Shown here: piece by piece, positions 7,352-18,051 of the stretch | How the letters are laid out: every line of letters begins with the position of its first letter | Position numbering within the stretch: position 1 is the stretch's first letter | DNA from: Cytophagales bacterium | GTDB taxonomy: Bacteria; Bacteroidota; Bacteroidia; Cytophagales; MED-G16 | NCBI GenBank assembly: GCA_029940715.1 | Contig: JAPYTU010000001.1 | Coordinates: forward strand, 1,940 to 65,939 | Reading direction: 5' to 3' | Length of the DNA: 64,000 nt | Notes under the pieces: model-generated | Seen by the model: only the letters and a program-made list of their open reading frames with translations | Databases searched by the model: none | What the model was told of the DNA's origin: nothing | Program-made: the position numbers and the translations under genes

Positions 7352-9796
7352 ATGAGCAACAAAATTAAATGTATTATTCTCTTTACTGCATTTTATTCCA
7401 ATGTAATAGCTCAATCAGGAAAAATCTCTGGGTTAATAATAGATGCAGAAACATATAAACCCCTGAGTAATGTTGAAATAATGGTAAACAATACTTCGTT
7501 TAAATCTAAGACTAATGATAAAGGAGAGTTTATTATTAATAATATTAGTGAAGGAAGTTATGAATTAGTTATATACAAAGAAAATTTTAAAGTGATAAAA
7601 AAATTGATTACTCTAAAGAATAACCAATTAAAATTTGATCTTATTATGGAAGATAATATAATTAATCTTCCAGAACTTCTTATTGAAAGTTTTTCATTAA
7701 TTAACGGTGAAATAGGCAAAAGAGAAATTATTGGATCAGCACACAACATATCTGCAAAAGAACTTACAAAATTTAATTATACAAACATACATGAAATATT
7801 ATCTAAGATTCCAGGGGTTAATCTTCAAGAAGAAGATGGATACGGATTAAGACCAAATATAGGATTAAGAGGTACTGGATTGGAAAGAAGTTCTAAAATA
7901 ACTATTATGGAAGATGGAATATTAATGGCTCCAGCTCCATATTCATCACCATCAGCATACTATTTCCCTACTATTGGGAGAATGAATTCTATAGAAATTC
8001 TAAAAGGTTCCAGTCAAATTAAATTTGGTCCTTTAACAACAGGCGGAGCTATTAATTTTATTTCTACACCTATACCAGAAAAATTAAAAGGGTCCGTGAA
8101 ACTAATTGGTGGAACAGATAATTTTAGAAATTTTCATGGACACATAGGCACAAGTCATAATAATTTAGGAATTATGATAGAAGGTTTTAATTATGGTTCA
8201 AATGGTTTCAAAAAACTAAAAAATAACGAAAGTACAGGTTTTGATAAAAAAGATTATAATCTAAAAATTAAATATAAAAGTAGTAACGCTTCAAGCATTT
8301 ACCATGAAATCATCCTATCCATAGGAGAAACAAAAGAAAATTCAAATGAAACATACTTAGGATTATCTGATGAAGATTTCAACAAAAATCCTTATTTAAG
8401 ATATCATGGTTCCCAAATTGATAATATGAAAGCAAAGCAAAAAAGAATGTCACTAAAAAATTATATTGAATTTAATAATGGATTAAATATTTCTACAAGT
8501 ATTTACAAAAATAATTTTCAAAGAAATTGGTATAAACTTCAAAGTGTTATAGATAATAATGGAAATACATTTGGTATTTCTTCTTTATTTAAAAATGATG
8601 CAAATGAAGCATTCAATATAGTTAAAGGAACCATTAATAGCAACGAAGAGAGTGTCATTGTTAGAGCTAATAACAGGTCTTATTTATCTAAAGGAATACA
8701 ATCTGTTATTAATAAGTCATTCCAAAACAATAACACAAAACATCATATAAGTTTAAGTACTAGATATCATTATGATGAAGTGGATAGATTTCAATGGGAA
8801 GACAAATATCAAATGTTAAATGGAACAATGCATCTAAACAAAAAAGGTACCCCAGGAAGTAATAGCAATAAAATTCAGTATTCAAAAGCATTAGCTAGCT
8901 ATATAAACTATAAAATTGAAATGACAAAATTAATATTAAGCTTAGGGTTAAGACACGAACATATTAAGGGTCATGGGGATGACTATGGAAAATCTGATGC
9001 TGAAAGAAAAGGAGCTGATTTGTCGTCAAGAGAAAACATAATTAATTCATTAATTCCAGGTATTGGATTACTTTATAAAATAAATTCATCATCAAATACT
9101 TTTCTGGGTATTCATAAAGGATTTTCTCCTCCAGGAGATAAACCTGAAATAAATCCTGAAAAAAGTATAAACTATGAGATTGGCTTTAGAACAAAATCAA
9201 TAAGACTTAATGGTGAGATAGTTGGATATGTTAGTTATTATTCCAATTTACTAGGTTCTGATTTATCAGCTACTGGTGGATCTGGAACAAATGAATTATA
9301 TAATGCTGGAAAAGCAATTGTAAAAGGCATTGAAATAAGTGTAAATTATAATTTATTTAATAACTCTGATAAATTACAAATCCCAATTTATATTAACTAT
9401 ACATTAACTGACGCTACCTTTAAAGAAAATTTTGAAAGTTCTTTTGATGCATGGAGTGGAGAAATTATGACTGGATATAAAATACCATATATATCAAAAC
9501 ATCAATTTAACCTCGGATTGAATTTTAAAAGTAATAGTTTAAGCTTTGATGTAAACTACTCATTTAAAAGCAATGTAAGAACTAAACCAGGTATTGAAAT
9601 GGATAATACAACAGAACTCATTAAAGGTTTTGGTGTGATAAATACAGCATTAAATTATAATATCAACAAAAATATTAGCTTTCATTTAGCAGCAAAAAAT
9701 ATAATAAATAAAGTTTATTCTGTATCCAGAAGACCAGCGGGCTTAAGACCTGGCTTACCAAGGACATTTACAGCAGGCATCAAATGTGATTTTTAA
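7352..9796 (+). CDS. TonB-dependent receptor with N-terminal CarboxypepD_reg domain
   Basis: 814 aa. Signal peptide, then GKISGLIIDAETYKPLSNVEIMV (carboxypeptidase-regulatory fold), a plug region (IEILKGSSQIKFGP), and a long beta-barrel ending in ...TAGIKCDF. Confidence 0.85.
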   Translation: MSNKIKCIILFTAFYSNVIAQSGKISGLIIDAETYKPLSNVEIMVNNTSFKSKTNDKGEFIINNISEGSYELVIYKENFKVIKKLITLKNNQLKFDLIMEDNIINLPELLIESFSLINGEIGKREIIGSAHNISAKELTKFNYTNIHEILSKIPGVNLQEEDGYGLRPNIGLRGTGLERSSKITIMEDGILMAPAPYSSPSAYYFPTIGRMNSIEILKGSSQIKFGPLTTGGAINFISTPIPEKLKGSVKLIGGTDNFRNFHGHIGTSHNNLGIMIEGFNYGSNGFKKLKNNESTGFDKKDYNLKIKYKSSNASSIYHEIILSIGETKENSNETYLGLSDEDFNKNPYLRYHGSQIDNMKAKQKRMSLKNYIEFNNGLNISTSIYKNNFQRNWYKLQSVIDNNGNTFGISSLFKNDANEAFNIVKGTINSNEESVIVRANNRSYLSKGIQSVINKSFQNNNTKHHISLSTRYHYDEVDRFQWEDKYQMLNGTMHLNKKGTPGSNSNKIQYSKALASYINYKIEMTKLILSLGLRHEHIKGHGDDYGKSDAERKGADLSSRENIINSLIPGIGLLYKINSSSNTFLGIHKGFSPPGDKPEINPEKSINYEIGFRTKSIRLNGEIVGYVSYYSNLLGSDLSATGGSGTNELYNAGKAIVKGIEISVNYNLFNNSDKLQIPIYINYTLTDATFKENFESSFDAWSGEIMTGYKIPYISKHQFNLGLNFKSNSLSFDVNYSFKSNVRTKPGIEMDNTTELIKGFGVINTALNYNINKNISFHLAAKNIINKVYSVSRRPAGLRPGLPRTFTAGIKCDF

Positions 9797-9800
9797 AATT

Positions 9801-10892
9801 TTAATCAATCCATTCAGCAATAAATAAATTAGTGTCTCTAGTGTCTCCATTATTTCTATTTGAAGAAAATGCTAATTTTTTACCATCATTAGAAAAAACA
9901 GGAAAAGCATCAAAAGTTTCGCCATGAGTAATTCTTGTTAAATTTTTTCCATCTATATCAATCATATATAAATTAAAAGGAAATCCTCCTTCAGCTTCAA
10001 AGTTTGAAGAAAAAAGAATCTTTTTTCCAGAAGGATGAAAAAAAGGACTCCAATTAGCATTACCAAGATTCGTCAATTGTTTTAAGTTACCACCATCTGC
10101 ATCACAAATAAAAAGTTCCATTTCTGTTGGTTGAACCAACCCTTGAGACAATAAAGATTTATACTCATCAACTTCTTCTTTAGTTTTAGGTCGAGATGAT
10201 CTAAAAATGATTTTAGTTCCATCAGGAGAAAAGAAAGCTCCTCCATCATAACCAAGTTGATTGGTAATTTGTTTAATGTCACCACCATCAAGATTCATGG
10301 TATATAATTCTAAGTCACCACTTCTTGTAGAGGTAAAAACAATTTTATCTCCTAAAGGTGAAATTGTTGCCTCTGCGTCATACCCAGATTCAGCAGTTAA
10401 CTGATTCACAATATTACCTTCCAAATCTGAAACAAAAATATCATATGAATCATAAATAGGCCAAACATATTTACCCTCTATTCTTAAAGGAGTCTCAGGA
10501 CAATTTTCATCACCTAGATGAGTAGAAGCATATAAAAAATATTTGCCATCAGGAAAAAAATATGCACATGTAGTTCTTCCCATTCCCGTACTAACCATTT
10601 GAGGGATATTATCCTTATACACATCATTATTATTCATAATAAACATTTGATCACAGCCAACATTCCATTTATTAAAATTCGACTGAAAGATTAACTTTTT
10701 ATTATCAAAACTCCAATAAGCCTCTGCATTATCACCACCAAAAGTTACCTGCCTAAGAGATTTAAAATTTTTTTCATCCGAATAAATCAAAGCTTTACTA
10801 TTTTCATTTGAAAATTCTCTTTTTGAATCATTCCTAACATTATTACATCCAATGAAATTCAAAATAAAAAAAAGAAACAATACGTTTTTCAT
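9801..10892 (-). CDS. PD40/TolB-like beta-propeller lipoprotein
   Basis: Repeated PD40 motifs (ISPLGDKIVFTS, FFSPDGTKIIFRS, FHPSGKKILFSS, VFSNDGKKLAFSS). Lipobox NFIGC. I prefer the ATG at 10892 to the TTG at 10898 used by the ORF track. Confidence 0.7.
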   Translation of the reverse strand: MKNVLFLFFILNFIGCNNVRNDSKREFSNENSKALIYSDEKNFKSLRQVTFGGDNAEAYWSFDNKKLIFQSNFNKWNVGCDQMFIMNNNDVYKDNIPQMVSTGMGRTTCAYFFPDGKYFLYASTHLGDENCPETPLRIEGKYVWPIYDSYDIFVSDLEGNIVNQLTAESGYDAEATISPLGDKIVFTSTRSGDLELYTMNLDGGDIKQITNQLGYDGGAFFSPDGTKIIFRSSRPKTKEEVDEYKSLLSQGLVQPTEMELFICDADGGNLKQLTNLGNANWSPFFHPSGKKILFSSNFEAEGGFPFNLYMIDIDGKNLTRITHGETFDAFPVFSNDGKKLAFSSNRNNGDTRDTNLFIAEWID

Positions 10893-10935
10893 AACCAATC
10901 TTTAAGTATTTTTGACAAAAATAAATCAGAAAATA

Positions 10936-12162
10936 ATGAAACCTTTAAAGTATTTGTTGTTTTTTATTTTAGTAATCAGCTGTGAACAAAAAACTCCATA
11001 TCAAAATCACATAAAAGATGATGTAATCTTTCTTTCAAGTGATAACTTAGAGGGTAGAGAAACTGGTACACAAGGAGAAATAAAAGCTGGAGAATATATA
11101 AAAAAAAGATTTATCAAATTAGGATTACAACCTTTAAAAAACAACGATTATTTTCAAAATTTTAATTTTAAACCAAAAACAAACCCACATCAAGATATAT
11201 CATTCTCTAACCAAAAAAATGATAGCACCATTACAGGAAAAAACATAATTGGATACATTGACAATCAAGCAATAAATACCATAATCATTGGAGCTCATTA
11301 TGATCATCTAGGATATGGCAACGAGAACTCTCTACATAGAGGTGAAAAAAATCTAATTCATAATGGTGCAGATGATAATGCAAGTGGTGTTGCGATAATG
11401 ATAGACCTAGCTAGTAAACTTAGAATCGCAAACAAAAACAATAACTATTTATTTATTGCTTTCTCTGGAGAAGAAATTGGATTGCTTGGGTCAAATTACT
11501 ATACCAAAAATGCTACAATCGAACTATCAAACATAAATTATATGATTAATATGGATATGGTAGGTAGATTGAATGAAGATACAACTCTGGCTATATACGG
11601 ATTAGGCACTTCTCCAATTTTCAAACAAACTATTAGTGCAAACAATACAAAATTTAAAATAATTCAAAAAGAATCAGGGGTTGGTCCATCTGATCATACT
11701 TCTTTTTATTTAAATGATATACCAGTTCTTCATTTTTTTACAGGTCAACATGAAGACTATCATAAACCATCAGATGATTATGATAAAATAAATTTTGAAG
11801 GAATGAATATAATTTCTAATTATATTTTTAATATAATATCTGATTTAAATGACAATGGAAAACTGTCATTTACAAAAACAATAAATGAAAATGAGGAAGT
11901 ACCAAGATTTAAAGTTTCTCTTGGTGTTGTTCCTGATTATTTGTTTGATGGTGAAGGCATGAGGATCGACGGAATAACTGAAAATCGTCCAGCTCAAATT
12001 GCTGGGTTACTAAAGGGTGATATTGTAATAAAAATAGGTGAATATGAAGTAAAGGATATGATGGGATATATGAAAGCATTATCAAAATTTGAAAAAGGCA
12101 ACACAACTATAGTTAGTGTAAACAGAGAAGGAGATACAATGACAAAAAAAATTACTTTCTAA
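10936..12162 (+). CDS. M28 family aminopeptidase with C-terminal PDZ domain
   Basis: HYDHLGYG, GADDNASGVA and FSGEEIGLLGS are metal-ligand motifs. The C-terminal GLLKGDIVIKIG is PDZ-like. Lipobox LVISC. I prefer the ATG at 10936 to the TTG at 10912. Confidence 0.8.
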   Translation: MKPLKYLLFFILVISCEQKTPYQNHIKDDVIFLSSDNLEGRETGTQGEIKAGEYIKKRFIKLGLQPLKNNDYFQNFNFKPKTNPHQDISFSNQKNDSTITGKNIIGYIDNQAINTIIIGAHYDHLGYGNENSLHRGEKNLIHNGADDNASGVAIMIDLASKLRIANKNNNYLFIAFSGEEIGLLGSNYYTKNATIELSNINYMINMDMVGRLNEDTTLAIYGLGTSPIFKQTISANNTKFKIIQKESGVGPSDHTSFYLNDIPVLHFFTGQHEDYHKPSDDYDKINFEGMNIISNYIFNIISDLNDNGKLSFTKTINENEEVPRFKVSLGVVPDYLFDGEGMRIDGITENRPAQIAGLLKGDIVIKIGEYEVKDMMGYMKALSKFEKGNTTIVSVNREGDTMTKKITF

Positions 12163-12167
12163 TCATG

Positions 12168-13130
12168 TTATTTAAAAAAATTCTTACACACAGGATCAAA
12201 ATAAATTAAATCCATTTTTTTAAAATCTATAAAAACTTCTTCATTTTCATTAATGCTTTTTTTAGAAAAAAAATACCAAATTTCATTCTTATACCTACCT
12301 TTAATTCTATATTCTCGTCCCTGAAAAAAACATTTTTCTACTTTAATTTTGTGATTAGACTTTTTTACTACCTCAACTTTTTCTGGTCTCACATAATAAG
12401 TTTTGCTACCAATAAATAACTTATTCATATCACCAAGAATCATAGCACAATAACAATTTGCGGGTTCACAATACATTTTTTCTGGTTTATCATATTGTTG
12501 AACAATTCCAGCCTTAAAAATTAATATTTTGTCTGCAATGTTAAGAGAATCATTAATATCGTGAGTAACTAATATCGTTGTTGTATTTGTTTCTTTTATA
12601 ATTTTATAAATTTCCTCTCTCATAGATTGTTTAATAGCCGAATCAAGATTGCTAAAAGGTTCGTCCAACAATAAAAGTTCAGGCTCTCTTATTAATGCTC
12701 TAGCAACACATGTCCTTTGTTGCTCTCCTCCTGATAATTCATGAGGATATCTAGAAACAAAATATTTAAGACCCGTAAGAGTAAGTATGTAACCTAAATT
12801 TTTATGATATTTTTTGTCAAGATTAAAAACTATATTCTCTTCTAAATTAAGGTGAGGGAATAAAGGATAGTCTTGAAAAACAAAACCAATTTTTCTGTCT
12901 TGAGGCTTAACAAAAATACCCTTATCATTAAGAGCCACATTGTTTAATAAAATAGAACCGGAATGTATTTTTTCTAAACCAGCTATGCATTTAAGAAATG
13001 TAGTTTTCCCGGAGCCACTTTCTCCCAAAAAAGAAATAATTTCTCCTTTTTTTACAGAAAATTCTAATTTTCTTATTATTGGAAGTTCTTTATTATAATA
13101 CTTTACTAAATTTTTTACTTCAAGATACAT
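12168..13130 (-). CDS. ABC transporter ATP-binding protein (Fe3+/polyamine importer type)
   Basis: Walker A GESGSGKTT, signature LSGGEQQR, Walker B LLLLDEPFS. The C-terminal extension resembles that of FbpC/PotA-type importers. Confidence 0.85.
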   Translation of the reverse strand: MYLEVKNLVKYYNKELPIIRKLEFSVKKGEIISFLGESGSGKTTFLKCIAGLEKIHSGSILLNNVALNDKGIFVKPQDRKIGFVFQDYPLFPHLNLEENIVFNLDKKYHKNLGYILTLTGLKYFVSRYPHELSGGEQQRTCVARALIREPELLLLDEPFSNLDSAIKQSMREEIYKIIKETNTTTILVTHDINDSLNIADKILIFKAGIVQQYDKPEKMYCEPANCYCAMILGDMNKLFIGSKTYYVRPEKVEVVKKSNHKIKVEKCFFQGREYRIKGRYKNEIWYFFSKKSINENEEVFIDFKKMDLIYFDPVCKNFFK

Positions 13131-14736
13131 TTAGCTGCTTATTAATTACATTCTTTAAAAATAACAATAACATGCTTCCGATGATAATTATAGAAAGAGA
13201 ATATGCGCTTGATAATGGCAACATTTCTTCTATAGCAAATTCATATGTTTGTGTTGCTAACGTATCAAAGTTAAATGGCCTTAAAATCAATGTTATAGGA
13301 AGTTCTTTCATAATATCAATAAACGTTAATATAAATGCGCTTATAAGTGCAAACTTATTTATTGGAAGATGAATTTTTTGAAGAAGTTTAAAAGGCCCTA
13401 ATCCTAAATTTTTTCCTGTATCATCATATGATTCTGGGTGTTTTTCTAGACTCGATTTTATAGGAGATTTTCCTACTGCTAAAAATCTTATCACATAAGC
13501 ATAAATCAAAACATAAAACGAACCTATTAAAGAAACCGAAAAAAAAGAATCAATAATATTACTAAATAACATTATCAAACCAAGGCCTATAACAGCACCA
13601 GGAATAGCGTAACCCAATGAAATTAAATGACTAATAATAGTATTGATTTTTGTTTTCGAAATTTTTTCAATAAACAAAAAGAAAAGAGCCACAATTATTA
13701 TAATAAAAGAAGATAAAGAAGAAACAAAAATTGTGTTAAAAGAAAGTGTAAATAATCGAACAAAATCTATGCTTGAATAGGTTTGAAAAACATTATTGAC
13801 TATAAAAATTAAAGGAATAAAAAATCCTAAAATAAATGGAATAGAACAAACTAAATGAAATAAAAATAATTTATCCTTATTAACATAAAGTAGTTTTTGA
13901 ACTGGTGAATTCGTTTCATAAAAAAAATTTGTTTTAGAGGATGATATTTTTTCCAAAACAAAAAAGAAAAACACAACTAATAATAATAAACAAGATAATT
14001 GTATTGCTGTGCCTATATCTCCTAAAGAAAACCAAGCTTTAAATATACCCGTTGTGTATGTGTTTATCCCAAAATATTTAACAGCCCCATATTCATTCAA
14101 AACTTCCATGAACACGAGAAATAATCCAGAAAAAATTGCAGGCCTTGATAAAGGCAAAATAATTTTATAAAAACTTTTAATCGTAGAAAGACCTAAACTT
14201 TTTGATAAATCGATATAATTTGATCCTAATAAACTAAAAGCTACTCTTGCTGCAGTATACACATATGGATAAAGAGCTAAGCCTAACAAAACACCTAATG
14301 TTTCTATTTGCAAATAATCTATATTAAAATAGGAAGCCAACCAAGGAAAGTTGTTTCTCAAAAAAGATTGAATTGGTCCAGTAAAACTTAAAATATCAAT
14401 ATAAGTAAAGCCCATTATATATGATGGTATTGCCAAAGGCAAAAAAAGGACCAAGTCATAAAAATTTCTACCAATAAACCTATAATTACTAATAATCCAC
14501 GCGGGGAATAAACCAAACAACAAAGTGAATAGAGAAGTTATAAGTATTAAATAAAAAGTATTAAAAGTATAATCAATTAAAACTGTATTCCATAAGTAGA
14601 AAAAGTTCTTTCCTGGATCAGAAAATAACTTTATAAAAAGTATGACAATAGGAAGTAATAAAAAAAAAGCAATTAATAAACTGACTATAATCCATCTTTT
14701 ATTTTCTACAATAAAATAATTTTTTATTATTTCCAA
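13120..14736 (-). CDS. Iron(III)-type ABC transporter permease (duplicated MetI-like domains)
   Basis: 538 aa and highly hydrophobic with two permease halves, like FbpB. The only plausible in-frame start is the TTG at 14736. It overlaps both neighbours by 10-11 nt. Confidence 0.8.
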   Translation of the reverse strand: MEIIKNYFIVENKRWIIVSLLIAFFLLLPIVILFIKLFSDPGKNFFYLWNTVLIDYTFNTFYLILITSLFTLLFGLFPAWIISNYRFIGRNFYDLVLFLPLAIPSYIMGFTYIDILSFTGPIQSFLRNNFPWLASYFNIDYLQIETLGVLLGLALYPYVYTAARVAFSLLGSNYIDLSKSLGLSTIKSFYKIILPLSRPAIFSGLFLVFMEVLNEYGAVKYFGINTYTTGIFKAWFSLGDIGTAIQLSCLLLLVVFFFFVLEKISSSKTNFFYETNSPVQKLLYVNKDKLFLFHLVCSIPFILGFFIPLIFIVNNVFQTYSSIDFVRLFTLSFNTIFVSSLSSFIIIIVALFFLFIEKISKTKINTIISHLISLGYAIPGAVIGLGLIMLFSNIIDSFFSVSLIGSFYVLIYAYVIRFLAVGKSPIKSSLEKHPESYDDTGKNLGLGPFKLLQKIHLPINKFALISAFILTFIDIMKELPITLILRPFNFDTLATQTYEFAIEEMLPLSSAYSLSIIIIGSMLLLFLKNVINKQLNVS

Positions 14737-15755
14737 CCTGTTTTATCAAAAATTAAGATCGCTTCTTCTCTATATTTACCTAATAAATTTAAATCTAAAT
14801 TATCGGATTTAAATTTCCCCCAATTTTTTACAATATCTGCTGGCTCAACATTAGGATTAACTGGATATTCATAGCTATTATTAACATACACTCTTTGAGC
14901 TTCTTCTCCAGTTAAATACTCAATTAATTTTATTGCATTTTCTTTATTGGGAGAATATTTTGTCAATCCTATACCAGAAACATTTATATGGCTACCTCTA
15001 CCTCCTTCTTCTTGATTAGGAAAAAAAACAGACACAGCATTTCCTGCCTTTAATTCTTCTTCTTTTTCTGATGACAAAAGAAGACCTATATAATAAGAGT
15101 TAACAATAGCAACATCACCTTGTCCCGCAGCAATTGCTTTAACCTGATCCCTATCACTACCCTTAGGATCTCTTACAAAATTATTAACTAATCCTAGAGA
15201 CCATGCTTCAGCAGAATCAGATCCAAGATTTGCAACTATTGATGACATAAGTGCCTCATTATACGCATTTGAAGAGGATCTAACCAACAAACGATCTTTC
15301 CATTTTGAGTTAGCTAAATCTTCATAAGTGCTTAATTCCGAAGGATTAACTCTATCGTTACTATGTACAATAATTCTTGCTCTATAAGTAATAGGTACCC
15401 AATATCCATTTTTATCCTCAAATTCATCGTTTACATTTTCTTTTATTTCTGGTGTAGAAACTTTTTGTAAAAGAGACAGTTCCTTAGCTTTAAATAATTT
15501 TCCAGCATCTACAGTAATAAATAAATCAGCTGGAGTATTCTTTCCTTCATTTTTAAGACGTTCAATTAATTCATCCGCATTAGCTTTAACAACATTAACT
15601 TTAATACCGGTTAGTTTTTCAAAATTTTTATATTGAATTTCGTCTACAGAATAATGTCTTTGACTATAAATATTTATCTCATTAGATGTCTTATTAATTG
15701 GAAAACAACTCACATACAATACTGAAAGTAATAATATATAATAATATTTATACAT
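14727..15755 (-). CDS. Fe3+-type ABC transporter substrate-binding lipoprotein
   Basis: FbpA/AfuA-like periplasmic binding protein. Signal and lipobox LLLSVLYVSC. I prefer the ATG at 15755 to the upstream TTG at 15788. Confidence 0.8.
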   Translation of the reverse strand: MYKYYYILLLSVLYVSCFPINKTSNEINIYSQRHYSVDEIQYKNFEKLTGIKVNVVKANADELIERLKNEGKNTPADLFITVDAGKLFKAKELSLLQKVSTPEIKENVNDEFEDKNGYWVPITYRARIIVHSNDRVNPSELSTYEDLANSKWKDRLLVRSSSNAYNEALMSSIVANLGSDSAEAWSLGLVNNFVRDPKGSDRDQVKAIAAGQGDVAIVNSYYIGLLLSSEKEEELKAGNAVSVFFPNQEEGGRGSHINVSGIGLTKYSPNKENAIKLIEYLTGEEAQRVYVNNSYEYPVNPNVEPADIVKNWGKFKSDNLDLNLLGKYREEAILIFDKTGWK

Positions 15756-15872
15756 ATTTTTCTTATTTAGATTTATTCTAAACTGCAAGTAATAATATTT
15801 ATATCAAAAAAACAAAAAGATATCCAACTATAATATGATCAGTCTTTTGAAGGCATAAAATTTATTTATGTG

Positions 15873-15880
15873 TAATTTTG
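15873..15880 (+). promoter_or_regulatory. Candidate -7 promoter box TAATTTTG upstream of fumC
   Basis: Exact match to TAnnTTTG, ending 8 nt before the ATG at 15889. Confidence 0.25.
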
Positions 15881-15888
15881 TATTGAAA

Positions 15889-17274
15889 ATGAAAAAGAGA
15901 ATCGAAAAAGATACATTGGGATCACTTGATGTTCCTCTCAATAAATACTGGGGAGCACAAACACAAAGATCCTTACAAAACTTTGATATAGGATTTGAAA
16001 AAATACCTTGGGAAATTATTGAAAGTTTTGCTGTTCTTAAAATGGCTGTAGCCGAAACTAATTGTGATTTAAATGTACTGGAAAAAGAAAAAATGAAATT
16101 AATTGTTTCTGTCTGTGAAGAAATTCTGGATGGAGAGTTAATTGATCATTTTCCTCTTTCAGTATGGCAAACCGGATCTGGAACACAAACCAATATGAAC
16201 GTTAATGAAGTAATATCAAACAGAGCTCACGTAGCAACTGGAGGTAAACTTACTGACAACAAAAAAATTATACACCCTAATGATGATGTTAATAAATCAC
16301 AATCTTCAAATGATACTTTTCCAACAGCAATGAATATGGCTAGTTATCACATTTTGAAAAGTTTTACATTAATTCAAGTTGAAGGCTTACACAAAGAGTT
16401 ATTAAAAAAAGCTAATGAATTTAAAAATATTATAAAAATTGGAAGAACTCATTTTATGGACGCTACACCACTTACTTTAGGAATGGAGTTTAGTGGATAT
16501 GCTTCACAACTTGAACATGGAATCAAAACACTCAAAGAATCTTTTGATCATCTTTCAGAATTAGCACTAGGCGGAACAGCAGTTGGAACCGGATTGAATA
16601 CCCCAAAGGGTTATTCTAAATTAGTTGCTAAAAAAATATCTGAAATAACTGGATATAAATTTAAAACAGCAAATAATAAATTTGAAGCATTAGCAGCTAA
16701 CGACGCAATGGTAAAAGCATCTGGAGCATTAAAAGCTTTAGCCGTTTCTCTAATGAAAATATCCAATGATATTAGAATGCTTTCTTCTGGACCAAGAAGT
16801 GGTATAGGAGAAATCAATTTACCAGTAAATGAACCTGGATCTTCAATTATGCCAGGAAAAGTAAATCCAACTCAATGTGAAGCTATGACAATGGTTTGCT
16901 CTCAAGTTATTGGAAATGATGTTGCTGTTAGTATAGGAGGAATGAATGGTCAATTTGAATTAAATGTTTATAAGCCAATGATTGCTCATAACGTCTTAAA
17001 TTCCGCTAGACTCATAGGTGATGCTTGCTCTTCATTTAATGTAAATTGTGTAAAAGGAATAAAAGCTAATAAAAAGATAATTAAAGAAAAAGTTGAAAAA
17101 TCACTAATGTTAGTTACCGCTCTTAACAATCACATAGGTTATGAAAATGCAGCAAAAATTGCTAAAAAAGCTCATAAAGAAGGACTCACACTAAAAGAAG
17201 CTGCCTTAAAATTAAAGCTAGTTTCTGCATCAGATTTTGACAAATGGGTTAATCCTAAAAAGATGATTGGTTAA
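15889..17274 (+). CDS. fumC: Class II fumarate hydratase
   Basis: [28 protein letters not shown] aligns with FumC N-termini. The fumarate-lyase signature [15 protein letters not shown] is present. The track start at 15868 is probably an upstream extension. Confidence 0.95.
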   Translation: MKKRIEKDTLGSLDVPLNKYWGAQTQRSLQNFDIGFEKIPWEIIESFAVLKMAVAETNCDLNVLEKEKMKLIVSVCEEILDGELIDHFPLSVWQTGSGTQTNMNVNEVISNRAHVATGGKLTDNKKIIHPNDDVNKSQSSNDTFPTAMNMASYHILKSFTLIQVEGLHKELLKKANEFKNIIKIGRTHFMDATPLTLGMEFSGYASQLEHGIKTLKESFDHLSELALGGTAVGTGLNTPKGYSKLVAKKISEITGYKFKTANNKFEALAANDAMVKASGALKALAVSLMKISNDIRMLSSGPRSGIGEINLPVNEPGSSIMPGKVNPTQCEAMTMVCSQVIGNDVAVSIGGMNGQFELNVYKPMIAHNVLNSARLIGDACSSFNVNCVKGIKANKKIIKEKVEKSLMLVTALNNHIGYENAAKIAKKAHKEGLTLKEAALKLKLVSASDFDKWVNPKKMIG

Positions 17275-17283
17275 TTGGGATTG

Positions 17284-18051
17284 ATGATACCATATAAGAC
17301 TTTAGAAGAAATTGAATTAGTTAGAGAAAGCGCACAACTAGTTTCAAAAACATTAGGTGAATTAAAAAATTATATTGTTCCTGGAGCTCTTCCTATTGAT
17401 CTTGATAAAATTGCCGAAACATTTATTAGAGACAATAAAGCTACTCCTGGTTTTTTAGGTCTCTATGATTTCCCAAACTCACTTTGTGTTTCTATAAATG
17501 AAGAAGTTGTACATGGAATTCCAGGAAATAAACCATTACAAAATGGGGATATAATTTCGATTGATTGTGGTGTTTTAAAAAATAATTTTTATGGTGATCA
17601 CGCATATACCTTTGAAGTAGGAGAAGTGAGCAATGAAATAAAGAAATTATTAGAAGTAACTAAAGAATCCCTCTATAAAGGAATAAAAAAATTAAAAGTA
17701 GGAAACAAAATTGGAGATGTAAGTCATGAAATTCAATCCTATACAGAAAGTTTTGGGTATGGTGTTGTTAGAGAATTAGTTGGACACGGTCTTGGTAAAA
17801 ATATGCACGAAGATCCCGAAATACCAAATTACGGATTAAAAAATACTGGACCAAAAATTCAAAATGGACTTGTTGTTGCTATTGAACCAATGATAAACTT
17901 AGGTACTAAAGACATTCTTCAACTTAATGATGGGTGGACCGTAATAACTAAAGACAAAAAACCTTCAGCTCATTTTGAACATAATGTTGCTGTAATAAAT
18001 GGTAAGCCAAATATATTATCATCTTTTGATTACATAGAATCTATACATTAG
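17284..18051 (+). CDS. map: Type I methionine aminopeptidase
   Basis: MIPYKTLEEIELVRESAQLV..., VVHGIPG and the D/D/H/E/E metal-ligand layout. The ATG at 17284 follows the fumC stop. Confidence 0.95.
   Translation: MIPYKTLEEIELVRESAQLVSKTLGELKNYIVPGALPIDLDKIAETFIRDNKATPGFLGLYDFPNSLCVSINEEVVHGIPGNKPLQNGDIISIDCGVLKNNFYGDHAYTFEVGEVSNEIKKLLEVTKESLYKGIKKLKVGNKIGDVSHEIQSYTESFGYGVVRELVGHGLGKNMHEDPEIPNYGLKNTGPKIQNGLVVAIEPMINLGTKDILQLNDGWTVITKDKKPSAHFEHNVAVINGKPNILSSFDYIESIH

Noticed and set aside
15789-15805. AT-rich stretch GTAATAATATTTATATC upstream of the Fe3+ ABC operon, considered as a Fur box
   Set aside because: By eye, roughly half the positions match the GATAATGATAATCATTATC consensus. That is not distinguishable from background in about 30 % GC DNA.
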